NCBI GenBank assembly: GCA_963840855.1
Contig: CAWJBB010000040.1
Span: 192,001-256,000, forward strand
Length of the DNA stretch: 64,000 bases
DNA from: an uncultured delta proteobacterium
Lineage (GTDB): Bacteria; Desulfobacterota; Binatia; UBA9968
Direction: 5' to 3'
Shown: piece by piece, positions 58,612-64,000 of the stretch
How positions within the stretch are numbered: the first letter of the stretch is position 1
How the letters are laid out: each line of letters starts with the position of its first letter
The notes under the pieces: model-generated
Database searches by the model: none
Told to the model about the DNA's origin: nothing
The model's input: only the letters and a program-made list of their open reading frames with translations
Program-made: the position numbers and the translations under genes

Positions 58612-59604
58612 TTGGCGTCGAAAACGCGGCGGAGAATTCCGCTGGGTACCAACCGGTGCGATCCATTTCAGTCCGTCGCTCGAGAGCTTGAGCTCGTGGA
58701 ACGGACCCTCTCCCGCGCGATTGGATCGCGGGAACAGAGCTTGACCGACATCGCGGCGCACTTGATCGATGGCGGCGGGAAACGAGTACGGCCGGCGGTA
58801 ACACTCCTGGCTCACCTAGGATTGGGCGGAAAAGGGTCCCAAGACATCGTCGATATTGCAACCGCCATCGAGCTGATCCATACCGCTACCTTGCTGCATG
58901 ATGATATCCTTGACGACGCGGAAACCCGCCGCGGCAAAGTGTCCGCATACAGAAAATTCGGCCTCAAACCGACTCTCGTAGCCGGCGATTTTCTTTTTAT
59001 CAAAGCGTTCGAGTTCGCCGGAAAATTCGACGAAACCGTGGTGCAGTGGACTGCAGATGCCTGCACGCTACTGACCGAAGGCGAAATCCTTCAGGGAATT
59101 TTCAACCGCAACCGCGCGGTGACGCTGGACGATTACGTGGAAATCGTAAAGCGCAAAACGGCGTCGCTTTTCCAAACCGGCTGCAAAGTCGGCGCCTATC
59201 TCGCCGGGGCAAAACCCGCCATCGTGGATGAAGCGGACAGTTATGGCCTTAACTTGGGGATCGCCTTTCAAATCGTCGACGATATTCTCGACGTGGTAGG
59301 GCACGCCACTCTGCTCGGTAAACCTACGGGCATGGATCTCCGCGATGGCAACCCGGCTCTGCCGATCATTCTGGCGCTTGAAGACAGTGTGGTGCGCGAA
59401 GCGTTTGAACAATCAAAGTCCGGAGAAGGCCGGATCGGCGAAGCCCTGGAGGCGATCAAGCGTGGCCCGGCCATCAGAAAGGCCAAGGAGTTATCGCGGC
59501 ACTACGCCGAAGAAGCTCTTGCGTCGCTAAAAAAACTGCCCGCATCCCCTTACCGTAACGGCCTCAAGACCCTGGTACAGCTCATCATCGACCGACGCTT
59601 TTAG
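58612..59604 (+). CDS. Long-chain polyprenyl diphosphate synthase (IspB/HepT-like)
   Basis: GGKRVRP, TATLLHDDILD (small residues before FARM), KTASL, FQIVDDILD. Confidence 0.9.
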   Translation: MASKTRRRIPLGTNRCDPFQSVARELELVERTLSRAIGSREQSLTDIAAHLIDGGGKRVRPAVTLLAHLGLGGKGSQDIVDIATAIELIHTATLLHDDILDDAETRRGKVSAYRKFGLKPTLVAGDFLFIKAFEFAGKFDETVVQWTADACTLLTEGEILQGIFNRNRAVTLDDYVEIVKRKTASLFQTGCKVGAYLAGAKPAIVDEADSYGLNLGIAFQIVDDILDVVGHATLLGKPTGMDLRDGNPALPIILALEDSVVREAFEQSKSGEGRIGEALEAIKRGPAIRKAKELSRHYAEEALASLKKLPASPYRNGLKTLVQLIIDRRF

Positions 59605-59674
59605 CTCGCACTATTCATGAACAGTGGAGAATCATGGCACGCCAGCAGTGCTGAGATCAGCCGCGCTTTATTGG

Positions 59675-59776
59675 GTTCAAGGTTCAAAGTCTACCCTGAG
59701 CTTGTCGAACGGGTTCAAAGTTCAAGTGCGGACTGGTGGGTCCGAAACTTTGAACCTTGAACCCGGAACTTTGAAC
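59675..59776. repeat. GTTCAAN palindromic repeat interrupted by CCCTGAGCTTGTCGAACGGG
   Basis: Directly visible between the prenyl synthase and menG. Confidence 0.85.
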
Positions 59777-59796
59777 CGTTTTACCACGGCAAACCC

Positions 59797-60531
59797 ATGA
59801 CTGCTTCCGACCAACCGCGCGATCGCGCCGTTCGCGGCATGTTCGATGACGTGGCGCCGCGTTACGACCTACTTAACCGGATCATCAGTTTCCGCCTCGA
59901 TGGCTACTGGCGCAAAGCAGCCGTTGCCGCGGTTCTGCGAGGCGGCGCCGGTTTGGTTTTGGATCTCGGCGCTGGAACCGGCGATCTCACCTTCACGGCC
60001 GCCCAAAGTGGCCGTGGCGGCACCCGCGTGATCGGTCTCGATTTCTCGCTTGAGATGCTGCGGCTCGCGCAGCGCAAGAAACAGCGCGCGGCGCGCGCTC
60101 GGGAGACCCAATTCGTTCAAGGCAGCGCTCTTTTCGCGCCATTTAGAGCCGGCGTTTTCGACGGCGTCATGTCCGCTTTCGTTTTGCGCAACGTTTCCGA
60201 TTTGCAGCTGTTTTTCACCGAGGCCCAGCGGGTTTTGAAACCAGGCGGGACGCTGGTGACCCTGGACATGTTTCCCCCGCCAAAAACCTGGTTCAGTCCG
60301 CTGTACGCCCTGTACTTTTACCGGTTGGTGCCGTGGATCGGTAAAATGTTGTCGCCCAACGGTCAGGCATACCGGTATCTCTCGCAGTCGGTTCGGCAAT
60401 TTCACTCCCCCGAGGCGATCGCCGGATTCATTGAAGGAGCGAGATTCGAGCCCGTGAAGCTGCGCAAATTTCTCAATGGCGCGGTATGTATGCACGTTGC
60501 GGAAAAACCTCGCGCCCGGGCTTCCGAATAA
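59797..60531 (+). CDS. menG: Demethylmenaquinone/ubiquinone methyltransferase (MenG/UbiE)
   Basis: MFDDVAPRYDLLN, LDLGAGTGD, LRNV, RVLKPGG, AYRYL. Confidence 0.9.
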   Translation: MTASDQPRDRAVRGMFDDVAPRYDLLNRIISFRLDGYWRKAAVAAVLRGGAGLVLDLGAGTGDLTFTAAQSGRGGTRVIGLDFSLEMLRLAQRKKQRAARARETQFVQGSALFAPFRAGVFDGVMSAFVLRNVSDLQLFFTEAQRVLKPGGTLVTLDMFPPPKTWFSPLYALYFYRLVPWIGKMLSPNGQAYRYLSQSVRQFHSPEAIAGFIEGARFEPVKLRKFLNGAVCMHVAEKPRARASE

Positions 60532-60535
60532 TCCG

Positions 60536-61366
60536 ATGCGGAGTTTTTCAAACAGCTTCGTTATTTTCTTTTATCAGGTCGCCTTGGGAGGTCTTTTCGC
60601 GGTGGCCGCAACGCCGTTTCACGAGCTCGATCGGGCCTTCTACAAATCCACCGGCGCGGTGTTGTTCGCCATCGCATTATTAAGCCTATGGGGAAAAAGC
60701 CAGTTTTACTGGCAAGCCGTCACCACCCACTTTGCCATCGTCACCGCCGCGGAGCTTTTCTTTCACGCCGCTTTCGTCATCTGCTTTGCCGTTTATATCG
60801 TTTCACTTTGGACGGAGAGACAATATTTCCGTGCCCGCAGTTTTTCGTCGGCGATTCTCACCGGGCTGGCGGGCTTGATTCTGACCGGGCTTAATTCTTA
60901 TACTGCGCCGGTTTACTCGCTGGAAATTCTGATTTACCCAATCGCCTTTTTCTTATCAGCTCTGCTGTTGGGCAGCGTAACGGTGGGAATGTTGATCGGC
61001 CATTGGTACCTCATCGACACCGGCCAGAGTATCGACCCCTTCGTGCGCATCTACAAGTTCTTTGTCGCCGCATTGCTCTTGCAAAGCGGCTTTCTAATGC
61101 TCTCGGCGCTATGGATTTATCTCGCCGGCGCGACCACCACCCTGGCGAGCTTAAAAATGCTTTGGGCGCAACACTCGACTCTGCTGGTGACGCGTATCGC
61201 GGTAGGACAGGCCGCCCCGCTGCTTCTGTCCTGGATGATTTGGCGCACGCTGCTGATCCCGCACACTATGGCGGCTACGGGACTTTTCTATATCGCGCTT
61301 TTGGGAGTCTTCGTCGGCGAGATACTAGGACGGCAAATTCTCACCTTGAGTGCCTTGCCGTTCTGA
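60536..61366 (+). CDS. Uncharacterised polytopic membrane protein
   Basis: About 8 TM segments, GMLIGHWYL and HTMAATGLFY motifs; coupled to menG. Confidence 0.75.
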   Translation: MRSFSNSFVIFFYQVALGGLFAVAATPFHELDRAFYKSTGAVLFAIALLSLWGKSQFYWQAVTTHFAIVTAAELFFHAAFVICFAVYIVSLWTERQYFRARSFSSAILTGLAGLILTGLNSYTAPVYSLEILIYPIAFFLSALLLGSVTVGMLIGHWYLIDTGQSIDPFVRIYKFFVAALLLQSGFLMLSALWIYLAGATTTLASLKMLWAQHSTLLVTRIAVGQAAPLLLSWMIWRTLLIPHTMAATGLFYIALLGVFVGEILGRQILTLSALPF

Positions 61367-61651
61367 ATTTGACTTCTCACCCGCGCCAGCGGGCGGGTAG
61401 GTTTTGATTTTGGTGACTCTCAGGCCGCTGGGAGTCCAGCCTAAATCGTAGCCTACGGATTCCCCTTCTCGCAGATCTTGAACGGTCTTTGCCGCGCCGC
61501 AGAGTAGCACGAACTCGTATGAAAAAGGCACTTCCCGGCCGCTTTCTATGCGCACAAAGCCGGTATTGTTAGAAGGAAAAAGCTTCGTGATCACGCCGTG
61601 ATGAAACAGGTCGCTTGGCACCGACGGATCGGTTTTGTCCGTATCGCTCAT
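61325..61651 (-). CDS. Small OB-fold/cold-shock-like domain protein
   Basis: GVITKLF…TGFV…GREVPF…LREGESVGYD…GLRVTKI resembles CSD topology. Confidence 0.6.
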   Translation of the reverse strand: MSDTDKTDPSVPSDLFHHGVITKLFPSNNTGFVRIESGREVPFSYEFVLLCGAAKTVQDLREGESVGYDLGWTPSGLRVTKIKTYPPAGAGEKSNSERQGTQGENLPS

Positions 61652-61716
61652 ATCTGGAAATTGTGTTGGCTCGGCGAGCGCAGACCGCAACGACCAGGTT
61701 AGAAACCTGAAATCGC

Positions 61717-62244
61717 TTATAACGGCTGTTTTTGCCTGGCGATTCGCCCCTGAAGCTCCATCAATCCGTCCAGTACGGCCTCCGGGCGCGGCGGACAACC
61801 AGGGACGTAGACGTCGACCGGAATGATTCTGTCAATCCCCTGCACCGTTGCGTAGTTATCGTAAAAACCGCCGCTCGCCGCGCAGGCGCCAAAGGCCATG
61901 ACCCATCTAGGTTCGGACATTTGCTCGTAAACCCGTTTCAGCACCGGTGATAGTTTATGATTTACCGTGCCAATGACCATCAGCAGGTCGGCCTGCCGCG
62001 GGCTGAAACGCGGTAACAGTGCGCCAAACCTGTCGATATCATAGGGCGACATGGAGAGCGACATATATTCCATCGCGCAACAAGCCGTGGCGAACGGATA
62101 TGGGAAGAGCGAATACTTGCGCGCCCAACCGACGGCCTTATCCAAGCGCGTCAGGACAACGGTTTCGGTTAGCAGCTTGTCCGGCCCAAACTTGGAACTT
62201 GTCGAGGAATCGATTTGATCCATAGAGGAACCTGTATGTGCCAT
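61717..62244 (-). CDS. nuoB: NADH-quinone oxidoreductase subunit B (stand-alone)
   Basis: TACCAME, SPRQADL, GACAASGG, VYVPGCPPRPE; start ATG 62244 after GGGAG. Confidence 0.93.
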   Translation of the reverse strand: MAHTGSSMDQIDSSTSSKFGPDKLLTETVVLTRLDKAVGWARKYSLFPYPFATACCAMEYMSLSMSPYDIDRFGALLPRFSPRQADLLMVIGTVNHKLSPVLKRVYEQMSEPRWVMAFGACAASGGFYDNYATVQGIDRIIPVDVYVPGCPPRPEAVLDGLMELQGRIARQKQPL

Positions 62245-62318
62245 GTCGTCTCCCGTTAAACGAAAGTTACTATGTTTCGGAGGGGGGCTCAAGCTCAACG
62301 GGTCGGTCCTTAATGACA

Positions 62319-62389
62319 GTTCAAGCCGTTCAAATAGTTCAAATCGTTCCAAGCGTTTTGACAGCTTGAACGACTTGAACGATTTGAAC
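62319..62389. repeat. 9-bp-period GTTCAA palindromic repeat
   Basis: GTTCAAGCC-GTTCAAATA-GTTCAAATC … CTTGAAC-GACTTGAAC-GATTTGAAC. Confidence 0.82.
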
Positions 62390-62461
62390 CCACCGATTTG
62401 CTCTTGACCCGGCGGCTCTCTATCGACTAGCTTCCGGTCATCACGCGAGGAAGGGGACATC

Positions 62462-63625
62462 ATGGACTTTAATCTCCCTGAAGAAATGCAAATTCTGAAA
62501 AACACAGTGCGCCGCTTTGTCGACAAAGAGTTGATACCGCTGGAGCGCGAGTACCGTCACGACAGCGAGGGACCGATGCCGGAGCATTTACTCAAACCGC
62601 TTCAGGAAAAGGCCAAGGCGATGGGGCTCTGGATGCTCGACGTGCCGGCAGAGTACGGCGGCGCGGGGCTTGGACTGCTGCCGCGCTGCATCATTCATGA
62701 AGAGATCGCCCGCGCCGCGTCGCTGCCCTTTCGCAGTCTGGAATTGTTCGGCCCGGAAGTGCGCCCTGTGCTGTTTCACTGCAACGAGGAACAAAAAAAA
62801 CGCTTCCTGGAGCCGGTCCTGCGCGGCGAGATGCGCTTTTGCTTCGCCCAGACCGAGCCGGACGCGGGCAGCGATCCGGCCAATATGCGCACACGGGCCG
62901 TGCGCGAGGGCGATAACTTCGTCATCAACGGCACCAAGCGCTTTATCACCGCCGCGGGCCGCGCCGATTACGTCCAGCTCATGGCGCTCACCGATCCGGA
63001 AAAGCGCGCCCGCGGCGGAATTACCTGCTTTGCCGTCGATCTCAAGACGCCCGGAGTGACGTTGGAGCGGCAGTGGCCAACCATGATGGGCGAGGCGCCT
63101 TGGCAGATTCTGTTCGAGAATGCTCGGGTGCCGGCGGCCAATATCATCGGGGAGATAGGCGGCGGTTTTTCACTTGCGCAAAAGTGGATCGGTGAAGGCC
63201 GCATCAGAGGCCACGGCGCCCGTCCCGTGGGCATCGCGCAGCGCGCCCTTGATATGATGATCGAGTATTCAAAAGTTCGCGTGACTTTCGGCCGGCCGCT
63301 TGCCGATCGCCAGGCGATCCAATTCATGATCGCCGACTCGGCGATGGAGCTGCATGCAACAAGGCTCATGGTCCATGAGTGCGCATGGCGCCAAGATCAA
63401 GGCGAGGACGTCCGAAATTTATCCTACATGGTCAAGGTCATGGCCACCGAGATGGCTAGCCGGGTGGTGGACCGCTCGATTCAGGTGCACGGCGGGCTTG
63501 GGCTGATGAAGGAGTTGCCCCTCGAATGGTGGTATCGCCAAATTCGCAGCACGCGCATCACCGAAGGCGCCAACGAAGTCCTGCGCTGGCGCCTGGGCCA
63601 GAACATAATTCGCTCGCACGTTTAA
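62462..63625 (+). CDS. Acyl-CoA dehydrogenase
   Basis: FAQTEPDAGSD, NGTKRFIT, FGRPLADRQAIQF, QVHGG, ITEGANEV. Confidence 0.94.
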   Translation: MDFNLPEEMQILKNTVRRFVDKELIPLEREYRHDSEGPMPEHLLKPLQEKAKAMGLWMLDVPAEYGGAGLGLLPRCIIHEEIARAASLPFRSLELFGPEVRPVLFHCNEEQKKRFLEPVLRGEMRFCFAQTEPDAGSDPANMRTRAVREGDNFVINGTKRFITAAGRADYVQLMALTDPEKRARGGITCFAVDLKTPGVTLERQWPTMMGEAPWQILFENARVPAANIIGEIGGGFSLAQKWIGEGRIRGHGARPVGIAQRALDMMIEYSKVRVTFGRPLADRQAIQFMIADSAMELHATRLMVHECAWRQDQGEDVRNLSYMVKVMATEMASRVVDRSIQVHGGLGLMKELPLEWWYRQIRSTRITEGANEVLRWRLGQNIIRSHV

Positions 63626-63672
63626 CGGAGCGCTTAAGCTCACAAAGCGCCCAAGTAAACTGATTGCTTCTG

Positions 63673-63741
63673 GTTCAAGTCGTTCAAAACGCCGGATTGT
63701 TCGACGGCTTGAACAACTTGAACGGTTTGAACTATTTGAAC
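63673..63741. repeat. 9-bp-period GTTCAA palindromic repeat
   Basis: Shares the GCCGGATTGTT(C/G)GACGGCTTGAAC core with 38056-38120; lies between convergent genes. Confidence 0.82.
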
Positions 63742-63747
63742 GTGTTC

Positions 63748-64000
63748 TTATTGCGACGACGGTTCCTTGACCTTTTTCAATAGTTCGTCGATATGTTGGG
63801 CCTGGTCTTCAGTCTCGTCATAAAAAAACCCGATGGCCGGCACAAACCTTAAATTGATCTCTTTGCCGACCCGCGAACGAATGAAACCGGCGGCGCTGCG
63901 CAGTCCCGCCAGCGCGCTATCTCGGTTCGCGCCGCCACCGAGGAGATTGAAGTAAACGCGGGCATGCTTGAGGTCCTTGGTTACTTTCACGGCAGTGATC
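63748..64000 (-). CDS. rbfA: Ribosome-binding factor A (5' end outside the window)
   Basis: ITAVKVTKDLKHARVYF…AAGFIRS…LRFVP…IDELL. Confidence 0.9.
   Translation of the reverse strand, partial: ITAVKVTKDLKHARVYFNLLGGGANRDSALAGLRSAAGFIRSRVGKEINLRFVPAIGFFYDETEDQAQHIDELLKKVKEPSSQ

Noticed and set aside
62245-62526. N-terminal extension of nuoB in the ORF track, and similar extensions of the LLM, DapA-like, kinase and amidohydrolase ORFs
   Set aside because: They run through repeats or neighbouring genes; downstream starts match the family N-termini and often have an RBS

Overview
64 kb of a GC-rich bacterial chromosome. The gene set (many TctC-type binding proteins, amidohydrolases, UbiD, LLM, a valS-nadC-birA-coaX-EF-G II run) resembles Deltaproteobacteria-like or Binatota genomes; that taxonomy is inference. 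Core genes are rng, smc, ftsY, a cyclophilin, valS, nadC, birA, coaX, an EF-G paralog, tRNA-Leu(CAG), menG/ubiE, an orphan nuoB and rbfA. The main accessory block (about 11.5-31 kb) is a hopanoid locus: ispA, a one-step squalene synthase, shc, hpnG, hpnB, hpnA and hpnH. It also carries unexplained genes: a 1333-aa fusion of FGGY kinase, 2-hydroxyacid dehydrogenase, SCP2 sterol-carrier and class II aldolase, plus a ferritin-like protein, a B12 radical SAM enzyme, an acyltransferase and a lipoprotein. A conserved ~44-bp motif (AGGGCTGGACA-N12-TTGCGSTAAGAGGCTTT) occurs three times, upstream of the fusion gene, the ferritin-like gene and ispA-sqs-shc-hpnG. It ties these genes into one putative regulon, the best candidate here for an undescribed hopanoid tailoring or recycling system. 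Outside this block many intergenic gaps hold periodic palindromic repeats (6-9-bp units such as GTTCAAN followed by their reverse complement) and REP-like hairpins, some nested. All calls come from reading motifs by eye; no database searches were run.
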